Below are positions 42,654 to 52,591 of a DNA stretch of 64,000 bases, piece by piece. The position numbers were made by a program, and so were the translations under genes. Where the stretch lies: assembly GCA_963790805.1 (NCBI GenBank), contig CAWBPL010000002.1:384696-448695 (forward strand). Reading direction: 5' to 3'. Below the pieces are notes generated by a model. That model saw nothing but the letters and a program-made list of their open reading frames with translations. It had not been told where the DNA came from and made no database searches. Source of the stretch: Candidatus Gottesmanbacteria bacterium (GTDB lineage Bacteria > Patescibacteriota > Microgenomatia > UBA10105 > UBA927). Numbering within the stretch: the first letter of the stretch is position 1; every line of letters begins with the position of its first letter.

Positions 42654-44678
42654 ATGAAGTTATTCCGTTGGGTTAAGACATTATTATCTTCGCAGCTTCC
42701 TGTCTCAATGTTTTTTTTAACCATATCGGTTTGTCTGTTTTTGGGAGACGGCAAACAGACGGTTGTTGAGGAGGCGGGCGTTGCGGGAGTGTTGGGATTG
42801 TATATAGTAGCCAGATATTATTTTAAAAAAGTACGAGAACCGCCAGATACTATAATCTGGTTATGGTCAGCAATATTACTGTATTTATGCATTACAACTA
42901 TTTTTTCCGACGACGTAAGCTACTCTGTCGATGCAACCATTCGATATATTGAAGCATTCCTTCTTTATTACATTTTTTATTGCTACAGTGATAAAAAAAC
43001 ATACGACCTGTTTATAAACCTGCTGGAATATTTTGTAGTTTTTGCAATAATTTGTGCGGTATTTATTACGCTTGTCCCAGGATTGTTTGAGTTTTTGGCT
43101 CCGACGAATTTGCTCTATCCAACATATGGACACAACTATATTGCAGCGCTCATTATTTTTATTTTTCCGCTTGTTGTCGGACGTTTTATAAACAATAAAA
43201 ACAGTATCCATTCAATATTGTTGTTTGTGGTTGCGGGGGCGCTTGTGTTTTCTTTTTCCCGCGGAGCAATCGTTGCGGCAATCCTTTATCTTACTTTTTT
43301 ATGCGTGCGCCATTGGGTCCGAGAGCGAAAGGTTTTAAAGCCCGCGGTGATCCTTACGGTCGGGTATGTCATCGTTGCAGCAACGATATTTATTATTCCG
43401 CACATATTCAATAAACAGTTAGCACAAAACACTCTTTTGAGTCGTCAACTGATAAAAATATCAATAGTGGACAGTAGGATAAGCTATTGGAAGCAAGCGC
43501 TTGCAGCAATAAAAGTGCGACCAATGTTTGGAACGGGCGCCGGAACGTTTAATCTGCTTTCTAAACGATATGAGAACGGGCCAGTTTCCTATTCGTGGTA
43601 TGCGCATAGTTTTCCTTTACAAACGCTTGCTGAGGTCGGCGTCATTGGATTTATTGGCGTGTTTTCAATATTTGGCTATATAGTATATGGAATTGCATTT
43701 AGCGTAAAAAACGAAAGCACACACAATCAGAGTCTTGAGTTGTTGTTTTACGGAACAGTATTGACACTTTTTTATAGCATCTATGAATTTAATTTAGATT
43801 TTTTAGTAATGTGGTTCATTTTGTGGGCGTCGCTGGGTGTTCTTTCATCACTCGCCACGTACACGCAAGGAAACAAACGGTCTCAGAATTTGTCTTATTG
43901 GGTACAGTTATTCTGTCTGAGCATCATTACTCTTTATTACATTCTTTCCGTTGTGTCCACGAGCACACAAGTATTTTCAAAAAGTCAACCGTATGTATTT
44001 GTGTTTGAATCATATAACGCGGATCAAATAAGTCACTATATTGATAGTGTAAATCAAAAGAAACAGATTCTTCCGGAATATCAAAGGAACCTAATAAATT
44101 TTTTTCATAAACAGAACCCTGATGTTTTATTTGCACAGGGACTGTATAAAGAAGCCTTTTATAATAATCCGGAAGATGTCAGCACGTTTAAAAAATATTA
44201 TTCTGATCTCGTTGCCAACAATAAATCGAACGAGATAACAGAATTGCTCTATATGCTCATACATAAGTATTTACCAAACAATAGCAGCGAAAAAGTCCTT
44301 TATACGTACTTAAAAATATGTGAGGCGCAGCATGCATATACAGATGCAAGCATTACGTATTTTGGGATGCCAACAAATATGAGAGAGGGAGTAGCCAAAC
44401 TTCTTTACTATTTCGGTTTAGAAAATATCAAACAAAACCCGCAAATGACAACAGTATTTTGGGAAACGTCAAAAAATCTTACTCCGGAATTTGGGCATTA
44501 TTACGTTGAACTTTCCAGTCTGTATTATGCTCACGGGGACACTGTTCATGCCAAGCAAATACTCGTGGACTGCCGGCAATATCCGTATGCTAAAAAACAA
44601 TGTGAAGAGGCTCCGTGGCCCCCTCTGTCTCCAGGGTTATTGAAAGAAAAAATACAGATGTTTCCGAAAGTGTTATAA
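42654..44678 (+). CDS. O-antigen ligase/polymerase-like (Wzy_C) membrane protein with C-terminal soluble TPR-like region
   Basis: It has at least 10 TM helices. The motif FSFSRGAIVAAILYL and an exposed loop GTGAGTF...YAHSFPLQTLAEVG are present. The C-terminal ~250 aa are soluble and helical. Confidence 0.65.
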   Translation: MKLFRWVKTLLSSQLPVSMFFLTISVCLFLGDGKQTVVEEAGVAGVLGLYIVARYYFKKVREPPDTIIWLWSAILLYLCITTIFSDDVSYSVDATIRYIEAFLLYYIFYCYSDKKTYDLFINLLEYFVVFAIICAVFITLVPGLFEFLAPTNLLYPTYGHNYIAALIIFIFPLVVGRFINNKNSIHSILLFVVAGALVFSFSRGAIVAAILYLTFLCVRHWVRERKVLKPAVILTVGYVIVAATIFIIPHIFNKQLAQNTLLSRQLIKISIVDSRISYWKQALAAIKVRPMFGTGAGTFNLLSKRYENGPVSYSWYAHSFPLQTLAEVGVIGFIGVFSIFGYIVYGIAFSVKNESTHNQSLELLFYGTVLTLFYSIYEFNLDFLVMWFILWASLGVLSSLATYTQGNKRSQNLSYWVQLFCLSIITLYYILSVVSTSTQVFSKSQPYVFVFESYNADQISHYIDSVNQKKQILPEYQRNLINFFHKQNPDVLFAQGLYKEAFYNNPEDVSTFKKYYSDLVANNKSNEITELLYMLIHKYLPNNSSEKVLYTYLKICEAQHAYTDASITYFGMPTNMREGVAKLLYYFGLENIKQNPQMTTVFWETSKNLTPEFGHYYVELSSLYYAHGDTVHAKQILVDCRQYPYAKKQCEEAPWPPLSPGLLKEKIQMFPKVL

Positions 44679-45889
44679 TAAAAAACGTGGCTAAAAACAC
44701 TCCATTACTGTCTAACGTTGCCTGCATAATTCCTTTTACAACATTACAAATTAGCCCACGAGGAGAAATTTACCTTTGTTGTCCGGCGTGGACCTCGTTT
44801 GGTCCGGTAGGACAACTGACGGACAAAACCTCAATAGATGAAATTTGGAATTCAGATAAAAGTCAGTTTGTCAGACAATGTGTCTACAATTCGACTCTTC
44901 ATAAAATATGCAATATGAAATATTGTCCATACGCTCTCGCGGGTAAACAAGAATCTCTTCAAACAACGGATAACCGATATAGAAGTCTTTACCGCGAGAT
45001 ACAAAAAGGGAAAAAGGTTCTTACTATAGCTCCCCGGACTCTTATTATTGCTCACTCCGGTCGGTGCAACCTTCGGTGTGTTATGTGCTGCTCGAACGAA
45101 GATTTTGTAAAAGAAGACCCGCATTTAAATGAGTTGATTTATAAACGCGAATTGCCGCGCATGTTTCCGCGCCTGTCGGAAATTATTTTAACGGGAAACG
45201 GCGACCCGTTTTTTATGAAAGACTCACGGGAGCTTTTACAAAAGTTTAACGTTAAAAAATTTCCACAGATCAAGTTCAGCATTATTACAAACGCGATTTT
45301 GTTAAATAAATATCTCTGGAAGACAATCAAACATAATCATTTTGGCTGGATTAGCGTTTCAATTGACGCCGCCACAAAAGACACGTATGAGCGTGTTCGC
45401 CGTCATGGTAATTGGGAAATACTACAAGAAAACCTGAAGCTTATCAGTTCCTTGCGACAAAAAGGAATTTTTTCAACATTCAGCATCACATTTGTTGTTA
45501 TGAGAAGTAATTATCAGGAGATGAGGCAGTTTGTTGAAATGGGCAGGCGATTAAAAGCAGATAGGATAGTATTTCAAAAAATATTCGGAATGGCCTCTGT
45601 AAGAGAAAACATTAATCTAACACGCAACAAAGACGTAAAGATAAAAATAGCACAAATTCTATCCGACCCCCTCTTTTGGCAACCGACGGTTGACACGACA
45701 TTAATTGATGAGTATAAAAAATATAAAAATTCAAAAGCGACAGCCATTGATAAGTGGAAAACGGCAGTATTGGAACAGACAAATGACGTAGTGAACAAAA
45801 CAAAAATTGTCAAAAATCAGAAACTCCGAAGTTTAAGTATCAATATGCAGTCAAAAACTCCCTGGGTGAGAAAATTCATGGGTTGGTAA
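44615..45889 (+). CDS. Radical SAM enzyme with an N-terminal SPASM/twitch-like Cys motif
   Basis: The radical SAM motif is CNLRCVMC (CxxxCxxC), followed by ILTGNGDPF. The N-terminal segment ISPRGEIYLCCPAWTSFGPVGQLTDKTSIDEIWNS...CVYNSTLHKICNMKYC resembles a SPASM motif. The start is uncertain. ATG 44615 overlaps the upstream gene by 64 nt, and the in-frame GTG at 44687 is an alternative. Confidence 0.7.
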   Translation: MAPSVSRVIERKNTDVSESVIIKNVAKNTPLLSNVACIIPFTTLQISPRGEIYLCCPAWTSFGPVGQLTDKTSIDEIWNSDKSQFVRQCVYNSTLHKICNMKYCPYALAGKQESLQTTDNRYRSLYREIQKGKKVLTIAPRTLIIAHSGRCNLRCVMCCSNEDFVKEDPHLNELIYKRELPRMFPRLSEIILTGNGDPFFMKDSRELLQKFNVKKFPQIKFSIITNAILLNKYLWKTIKHNHFGWISVSIDAATKDTYERVRRHGNWEILQENLKLISSLRQKGIFSTFSITFVVMRSNYQEMRQFVEMGRRLKADRIVFQKIFGMASVRENINLTRNKDVKIKIAQILSDPLFWQPTVDTTLIDEYKKYKNSKATAIDKWKTAVLEQTNDVVNKTKIVKNQKLRSLSINMQSKTPWVRKFMGW

Positions 45890-45926
45890 AGAAGAGAAAC
45901 GCAGATTTCATTGGGATACGAACGCA

Positions 45927-47009
45927 ATGAAACGAAAAATATCCCTTGTTTTCATCAGTATACTGTTGGCGATAGCGTTTGTTGAGGGTGTCCTCAGATT
46001 GGTAATACCCGAGAAAGATTTGTATGGTGACTGGTTGTTAATCCCCTTCAACGAGCACTATTGGGATAAGGACAAAAGTGTAATTTTCATTAAGACAAGT
46101 GTTCAAGATGAGATTCTGGCAGAAAAAAAGTCCAATACGGTTGTACTATTGGGCGACTCTTTTGTGGCGGGAGACCCCGTAAAATTGGAATACAGCACTC
46201 CAAGCAGGCTTTCGTATTATTTGCAACAACACCACATATCGAATGAAGTTGTTAATCTTGGAGTGGGAGGATACGGTCCGGATCAGGAATTTAAGTTGTT
46301 CTCGCAATATATTAATGCCGGTAACCGTCCCAAAGTTGTTATCTGGTGTTTTTATGTTAACGATGTATTTGATAATTATAATACGCCTATTTTTGATATT
46401 TCTGCAGACGGCGCGTTTGTGAGTCTGGATCCGTCGAAGAACTTTATCTATAGAAGACAAGTATTTTATGATGCCATTCCCCTGCCGAGAACAATTAAAT
46501 ATAACTCATGGATAATCCACGAGTTGCTTTCCTCTTTTGATTACTGGCAATTTGATCAAATCCCTGCGGGTTATCAAAATAACAGGGATCAGTGGAGTAT
46601 TGACAAGCTGACAGTAGAACTTAATCTTATGGAGGCGTTGTCGAGAGCTTTGCGGTTTAATCTGGTATACGTATTAATTGCTCCGCAAACGGCATATATG
46701 CCTCGGGCGGCAATTCCTCAAGATTATGATTGGACACTGAAATATTATTCTGTGCTTTCACAGGTATTAACGGGCAGAAAAAATACCATTTTGTTGGATT
46801 TTCAAAATAGCGCGCCGACCTCAGAAAAAAACGTTTTGGGCGCGACAGCTGGTCTTGACGATTTGCTCTTTACTCACCCGCCACAGGAAGCTTTTGGAAA
46901 AGGAGAACGGCACTTTAATGCAACGGGGTATGATTGGTTTGCACAGAGCCTTTACGACTACATTGAACACAATTCCCTTCTTGCCGACCCGCCAAAACAA
47001 CCGCGATAA
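45927..47009 (+). CDS. SGNH/GDSL-family hydrolase (possible glycan O-acyl esterase/transferase)
   Basis: It has an N-terminal TM/signal. Block I is VVLLGDSFVAGD, followed by a GVGGYGPDQE block. The C-terminal half is not recognised. Confidence 0.6.
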   Translation: MKRKISLVFISILLAIAFVEGVLRLVIPEKDLYGDWLLIPFNEHYWDKDKSVIFIKTSVQDEILAEKKSNTVVLLGDSFVAGDPVKLEYSTPSRLSYYLQQHHISNEVVNLGVGGYGPDQEFKLFSQYINAGNRPKVVIWCFYVNDVFDNYNTPIFDISADGAFVSLDPSKNFIYRRQVFYDAIPLPRTIKYNSWIIHELLSSFDYWQFDQIPAGYQNNRDQWSIDKLTVELNLMEALSRALRFNLVYVLIAPQTAYMPRAAIPQDYDWTLKYYSVLSQVLTGRKNTILLDFQNSAPTSEKNVLGATAGLDDLLFTHPPQEAFGKGERHFNATGYDWFAQSLYDYIEHNSLLADPPKQPR

Positions 47010-47031
47010 TTGAGGCAATACTAACATTGAT

Positions 47032-47068
47032 ACCCGTTCGCGCCATTTGGGCGCAACGGGTGTATTTT
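47032..47068 (+). terminator. Rho-independent terminator candidate after the SGNH gene
   Basis: The stem acccgtt(c)gcgcc / ggcgcaacgggt has 12 bp with one bulge and a 5-nt loop. It is followed by gtatttt. It lies between convergent genes. Confidence 0.5.
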
Positions 47069-47236
47069 CGGACAATTCAGTATTAGTTATTTTAGAGTTT
47101 TTTAAAAAAATACTTTATCCCCACTGGGTATATCAGGTAATCAATATATTGAGTATGCTAATCTTGGTGTTTACACACCAGACGGGTTTTCCTCGGTCGG
47201 GATTTGTGGATGTATATCTATAAGCGGAGAGAATAA

Positions 47237-50200
47237 CTATTGTATTTTAAGTGCAATATCGCACGCGAAGCTGGGGATTGTTACTGTATTCCAGCCGGCA
47301 GCAATTTTAACGGAGTTTAGTACATCACCATTTTCAGGATTAATAAACTGTCCAACCCCCTCCTTTGTAAAATACAACGAAACATGCGCTGATGTTTCTT
47401 GACTCGGATCGGCATAATGAAAGAAATACGCCAACAACTGTGAATCAGAGGTGACGGCATAATAATGGGTGCCTGTGTTATCCATTAAAAGCATTGTTGA
47501 CTGGTAATCAGAAGAAAGACTATTAATCGTATTCTGAAAAACTTTTATATATCGTCGTTCATCTGGCCCGATATAGATATTTGCGTTTTTGGTACTGGTA
47601 AATTTTTTTGTTCCACTTACGTTCCAAAAAATCAGCGAAGCGTCATTAAAAAAAGACGTCCACACGCGAACCCTCATCCGTACAGCGGACGTTTCATCCC
47701 AATTGACATATTTATTTCCCTCTTCGCTAAAAACGATAGGTTTTTGCCATTGTGTAAACTGGCCGATTTTAGTGATCAACGCGCTATCGGTTTCACCCAA
47801 CGGCTCGTTATGATACCAGTGAACAGACGTGATATTTATTTGCGGAAGATCCGGTCTTTCCCAGTTCATGCTAATAGGATGATGATACGGATCAATCGTT
47901 GACAGAATATGTGTGACATACGAAATCCATGAGTCCTGCGCCTTCGCCTCGTTTCCCAGCTCCCAAACGTCGACATATGCGCCATACCGCGCTACAACAT
48001 ATCGAAGATATGTTTCAATACTTGTTTTACTGTAGTCTGTATTAGGGTTTTCCGTGCTGTCGGTGGGATTAAATCCCCATATGGACATCCAGATGTGAAA
48101 TCCATTCTTTTTGAGCGTTTGAACGAGTTCGTCCCCCCACAACCCGTTTTTTATTGGATAGGTATCCCATGATGCGCTTTTTGTTGAATAGGGGCTGTAT
48201 ATTGTGTTCCACAATGGAAACGAAGCATTGTCGACACTCCACCGAAATATATTAAACCCAGCGCCGTTCTTTCCATAGATTCGCGCATATTGATCGAGTT
48301 GAATATTTGGTTTTTCATCTACACTAAAATCATCCAACGGAAAGCCGTTGGCGTTGATATCAAGGAGGGCATCTTCTATACCCAACGGATAAAATGAAGC
48401 GCCGTTGTCAACAACAAAACGGAACGGATTTGTTTTGCTTATGCGGATAAATCCAGGATTTTTTGATGACTCAACGACAAATGTTCCCGTAAAGACACGT
48501 TTCGATGATGGAACCGGACGTACAGAAATAGACCAGTGCCATTTCCCTATTTCGTTTGGGGCAAAACGGACTTTCCACGTATTATGGTCATAATAAAATC
48601 CGTCAAGTGAAACAGTTTTGTGTGACGGAGAAAGAAACACCGCCGAAACAGAGGCCTCGTTCCATGGGTTTTGGTAGAGAGAGTCGCTGTGGGTCAGAGA
48701 GAATTCAATTGGATCATAAAGCAAAACTTTATTTGGTGCAGTAACCAGTGCAGCGTGAGAAACATCAATAAACGGTTTACCCGTGTGTGTGTTTAGGGCG
48801 TAGACATACCATCCGCTCGTAAAGAATATCGTGTTTCCGACGATAGATGGAGCTGCTTCGATAGGTTGATTTACCGTATAAACCCATTGCTTTTTTCCAT
48901 TTTTGAGATTAACGGCATAAAGTGAATTATCCGAGCTGCCAAAATACACAGTATTTCTGTCTATTGCCGCTCCGGAATGATTTGCAGTTCCGATAGCGTT
49001 TGCCCAGAGAATTTTACCTGTAGAAAGCGATAAAGCATAGAGTTTATCGTTCAGGGTATTAATAATAACGTTCGTATCTTTTATGGCTGGTGTTGCATCA
49101 ATCGCACCCCCCGTTTTTGTTTTCCATACGAGTTTTTTATCTGACAGTCGAAGCGCATAGACGTATGCATCTTCGCTTCCAATGACAAGCAGGTTGCCGG
49201 ATATTGCCGGTGATGATAATACAGACCCGCCAGTCTGATACTCCCAAATACGTTTGCCTGATTGTGCATTTATACCATAGATTTTGCCGTTAAAACTTCC
49301 AAAGTAGAGAATTCCGTTCCTGATTAGCGGAGAGGATTCAATATAGTTACTTTTCTGTCCTGACCACACAGAGCGTAACGCTTTGTTGTTTGCGTTATCA
49401 GCGCGAAAGCTCCACTTTGTTTTCCCAGTTTTCCAATCGAGGGCATACATGTATCCATCACGACTTCCAAAAAGCACAATGTCATTATACATAAGCGGAT
49501 GAGTTGTTATGCTTTTTAGTTGCTCGCTGGCGAATTTCCATTTTAGTGCGCCAGTTTTGTCGTCAAGGGCATACATATGTCCATCGATGCTGCCAATGTA
49601 GACCATATTTTTAAATACTGTTGGAGCAAACGGGAGATCGCCATCAGCCGTAAATTTCCAAATTAGCTCACCTGAAGCGATATTTAAAACATATAATGTA
49701 GAATCTTCCCAACTTGAAATATAGAGTTTGTTGCCAACAACAACCGGCGTGCACGTTAATAACCCATCAGTTTTAAATCGCCACCACTTCGGAGGGTTAG
49801 CAAAAAGATGCGACTGATATACACCTGTCCTCTGTTCGTTGGCGCGGTAGCTAATAGTTTCATTCGGGTATTGCCGCAATAGAAAGATAGCGATTAATAA
49901 ACCCAGAAGGATAAACGCTAAGAATACTCGTTTGAATTTACCAATGTACCGCAAAGCACGGGAAGCGATGAGTTTTGTTAAAAACATCATATCTCTCACG
50001 TAGCGAACAAGTAGCCGTTTCGGTTCGAGGAAAATTCTCCATATCCACTCAAGTCCAACCTTTTGCATCCACATTGGGCTTCGTGGTGTTTTTCCTGACA
50101 AAATATTAAATGCTGATCCCACGGCGATAAAGACCTTTGCGTGTGTTTTGTGGGCGTTTTCCAGTATCCAGTATTCCTGTTTGAGGGGGCCTATTCCCAC

Positions 50201-50677
50201 TAACACTATATGTGCTTTTGTTTTGTTTATATGTTGAATAATATGCGCAGTTACAGCGTTACCCCATATTTGTCTGTGTGGAGGACAATCCCCACCAACG
50301 ATGTTGTTGGAGGGTGTATTATATTTTGAAATAATTTTTTGTAATATTTCAGAATCCGGAGCGATTATAAATATATTTTTAAACGACGTAAGGATATGTT
50401 CTGTAAGTTCGGTCCCGCTTACCCTTTCCGGAATTTTTGTATTTGTGAAAGCCGATAACCAGAGAAGAGGAACCCCGTCAGGAAATACGATATTCGCATG
50501 ATTATGTTTTTTTTGTAATGAAGGATTTTTTATTAACTCCACAAGAATGTGGATGTTCATTGGAAATATAGTCAGACGTCCGCTTTTGCCGGTAATGCGC
50601 AGAATGAGGCGCATTATGTCGTTTAATGAAATACAATGAATGATTGTATTAAAAAGTGAGGTATGTCGTAATTTCAT
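47237..50677 (-). CDS. Fusion protein: WecG/TagA/CpsF (GT26) glycosyltransferase + TM + PQQ-like beta-propeller + DUF5060-like + GH5-like domain
   Basis: The N-terminal ~240 aa carry IVFPDGVPLLWLS, VLVGIGPLKQEYW, AVGSAFNILSGKTPRSPMWMQKVGLEWIWRIFLEPKRL, all typical of the GT26 family. A TM follows (VFLAFILLGLLIAIFLL), then propeller repeats. The remainder is paralogous to 38508-41450 (WNEASVSAVF...GFYYDHNTWKVRF, YGAYVDVWELGNE, KPIVFSEEG). Confidence 0.7.
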   Translation of the reverse strand: MKLRHTSLFNTIIHCISLNDIMRLILRITGKSGRLTIFPMNIHILVELIKNPSLQKKHNHANIVFPDGVPLLWLSAFTNTKIPERVSGTELTEHILTSFKNIFIIAPDSEILQKIISKYNTPSNNIVGGDCPPHRQIWGNAVTAHIIQHINKTKAHIVLVGIGPLKQEYWILENAHKTHAKVFIAVGSAFNILSGKTPRSPMWMQKVGLEWIWRIFLEPKRLLVRYVRDMMFLTKLIASRALRYIGKFKRVFLAFILLGLLIAIFLLRQYPNETISYRANEQRTGVYQSHLFANPPKWWRFKTDGLLTCTPVVVGNKLYISSWEDSTLYVLNIASGELIWKFTADGDLPFAPTVFKNMVYIGSIDGHMYALDDKTGALKWKFASEQLKSITTHPLMYNDIVLFGSRDGYMYALDWKTGKTKWSFRADNANNKALRSVWSGQKSNYIESSPLIRNGILYFGSFNGKIYGINAQSGKRIWEYQTGGSVLSSPAISGNLLVIGSEDAYVYALRLSDKKLVWKTKTGGAIDATPAIKDTNVIINTLNDKLYALSLSTGKILWANAIGTANHSGAAIDRNTVYFGSSDNSLYAVNLKNGKKQWVYTVNQPIEAAPSIVGNTIFFTSGWYVYALNTHTGKPFIDVSHAALVTAPNKVLLYDPIEFSLTHSDSLYQNPWNEASVSAVFLSPSHKTVSLDGFYYDHNTWKVRFAPNEIGKWHWSISVRPVPSSKRVFTGTFVVESSKNPGFIRISKTNPFRFVVDNGASFYPLGIEDALLDINANGFPLDDFSVDEKPNIQLDQYARIYGKNGAGFNIFRWSVDNASFPLWNTIYSPYSTKSASWDTYPIKNGLWGDELVQTLKKNGFHIWMSIWGFNPTDSTENPNTDYSKTSIETYLRYVVARYGAYVDVWELGNEAKAQDSWISYVTHILSTIDPYHHPISMNWERPDLPQINITSVHWYHNEPLGETDSALITKIGQFTQWQKPIVFSEEGNKYVNWDETSAVRMRVRVWTSFFNDASLIFWNVSGTKKFTSTKNANIYIGPDERRYIKVFQNTINSLSSDYQSTMLLMDNTGTHYYAVTSDSQLLAYFFHYADPSQETSAHVSLYFTKEGVGQFINPENGDVLNSVKIAAGWNTVTIPSFACDIALKIQ

Positions 50678-51651
50678 GGAGATGTACGTAATAGAATGTC
50701 ATGAACAATTTCCGGTAATGACGTTAAGACTGTGTGTGTGGGTTTCCATCCGAGTTTCTTGATTTTATTATTATTGAGCATTCTTCGTTTTGATCCTTCG
50801 GGTTGATTTTGGTTAAAAATGAGCCGTACGTTCTGTTTGTGCATTATTTTTTGAACCGCCAGAACAATCTCTTTTATTGTGTGTTCATCCTGCGGATCAA
50901 TATTATATACGTTTCCATTAACGCCCTCTTGAGCAAGTAACAGAAGGGCGCTGACGGCATCTTCAACATGCAGAAATGAGCGTTTTTGATTGCCGGACCC
51001 AAAAATTTCAATGGAGGAGTCTGCCTGAATAAATTTTTTTATTATTGTTGGTATAAAGTGCCCTAAGTCGTCATAATTATCCCGCGTTCCATACACATTT
51101 ATTAGCCGCGCGATAACCGTATGCAGGTTTGCATTTTCACTATACCAGCGGGCTAAGTTTTCTCCCTCCCGTTTGGCGAGCGCATACCCGAGTTTTGATT
51201 GTTCGGGGTTTCCCTCGTCATCTGATTCTATTGTCGGAACATGACGTTCCATTGCCAGTGTAGAGTAGATCGATGCAGAACTTACTTGAATAAATTTTTG
51301 AACGTTGTTTATTGCTGCGGCACGAAGCGGCATCATTTGAAGTAACATATTTTCCTCAAACATGTATTGAGTCCGTCCGATATCAAAATCAACACCGGTA
51401 TTGACTGCAGCGAGATTAAATACAATCGTTTGATTTTTTGTCGCTCGCAGAGCCCCTCTTTCAGTTCTAAGGTCAGCGTTAATAATGGCAACTTGTTTAT
51501 TCAGATGGCGTATGTTTGACAGCGAACCTCTTGAAAAATTATCCGCAATCGTTACGCGAGCACCCAAAGTTATCAAACGTTCGGACAGATGAGAACCAAT
51601 AAAACCAGCTCCTCCAGTCACCAACGCATGAGTTTTACGTAATGATGTCAT
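50674..51651 (-). CDS. NAD-dependent nucleotide-sugar epimerase/dehydratase (SDR family)
   Basis: Carries ALVTGGAGFIGSHL and a YxxxK region (YALAKREGE). I place the start at ATG 51651, a 4-nt overlap with the upstream stop. Confidence 0.85.
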   Translation of the reverse strand: MTSLRKTHALVTGGAGFIGSHLSERLITLGARVTIADNFSRGSLSNIRHLNKQVAIINADLRTERGALRATKNQTIVFNLAAVNTGVDFDIGRTQYMFEENMLLQMMPLRAAAINNVQKFIQVSSASIYSTLAMERHVPTIESDDEGNPEQSKLGYALAKREGENLARWYSENANLHTVIARLINVYGTRDNYDDLGHFIPTIIKKFIQADSSIEIFGSGNQKRSFLHVEDAVSALLLLAQEGVNGNVYNIDPQDEHTIKEIVLAVQKIMHKQNVRLIFNQNQPEGSKRRMLNNNKIKKLGWKPTHTVLTSLPEIVHDILLRTSP

Positions 51652-52586
51652 ATGGTTGATTGTATTCTGATATACAACTTTATGCATTGAACCAATAAAG
51701 AAGTATACACAAGAAGCACAAATAAGAGAACACTTTTTTCTATAGTTAATTTATTCTTACGAACGAAGTGAGTGTAAAAAGATAAAAATCCCATATGTTT
51801 TTTCCTTGATGCGCCCAAGGTACGACGAAATGACCGCCATTTATTTTCGTATGTGGCATGAGCGAACGAGCGCATTATAAGACGCTTTGTATAAGACAAA
51901 AGCGAAGTAAGATCTTTGTGATAGACAATAATTGTTGGGTTGTAAAAAGCCGTTCCGCCATGCTGCTGGATTTGCATGCCTAAATCACAATCATCGCTTG
52001 CACCGAAATATGCTTTTCCTCTGGTTTCGTCATAGGCGATACCATTTTTTTTGAAATACGTCAGATTATATGCAACATTTTTATTATCCAAGGTTTCCAA
52101 ATCAAGAATTTTTCTTCCGTCACGAACCCTACTTTTCCAGTGCGCCTCGTTAAACATAGTTGCAAGTGAAATGATGTCATTGGGATACCACGATTTTGAT
52201 TCGCCCGCAATCGCTGCAGCATACGGATGTTTAGAAATATTTTCTTTCATGTGCAATACCCAATTCCGATCCGTTATACAGTCATCATCCGTAAATGCGA
52301 CCCATTGGTTTATTGCTTTTTTAAGAACATGATTTCTAGCAATCGGAAAACCGGTTTGTGGTTCGTATACGTAAATAACGGGATATCGGACTGTTTTTGT
52401 AAACGCCTGAATAATGTTTTTTGTTTGGTGATTGGTGCTGCTGTCAACAATAATGAATTCATCCGGAGCGGTGGTTTGGCATTTTATTGAGGCCAAACAG
52501 GAAGACACCTCGTGGGGTCTGTTTTTTGTTATGATGCTTATCGAAAGTGGGATAGTGATGTGAGAAGGCCTATTGCTTGACTTCAT
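51648..52586 (-). CDS. Family 2 glycosyltransferase
   Basis: Carries SISIITKNRPHEVSSCLASIKCQT, IIVDSS and AFTDDDC (DxD region). Confidence 0.8.
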   Translation of the reverse strand: MKSSNRPSHITIPLSISIITKNRPHEVSSCLASIKCQTTAPDEFIIVDSSTNHQTKNIIQAFTKTVRYPVIYVYEPQTGFPIARNHVLKKAINQWVAFTDDDCITDRNWVLHMKENISKHPYAAAIAGESKSWYPNDIISLATMFNEAHWKSRVRDGRKILDLETLDNKNVAYNLTYFKKNGIAYDETRGKAYFGASDDCDLGMQIQQHGGTAFYNPTIIVYHKDLTSLLSYTKRLIMRSFAHATYENKWRSFRRTLGASRKKHMGFLSFYTHFVRKNKLTIEKSVLLFVLLVYTSLLVQCIKLYIRIQSTI

Positions 52587-52591
52587 GTGTT

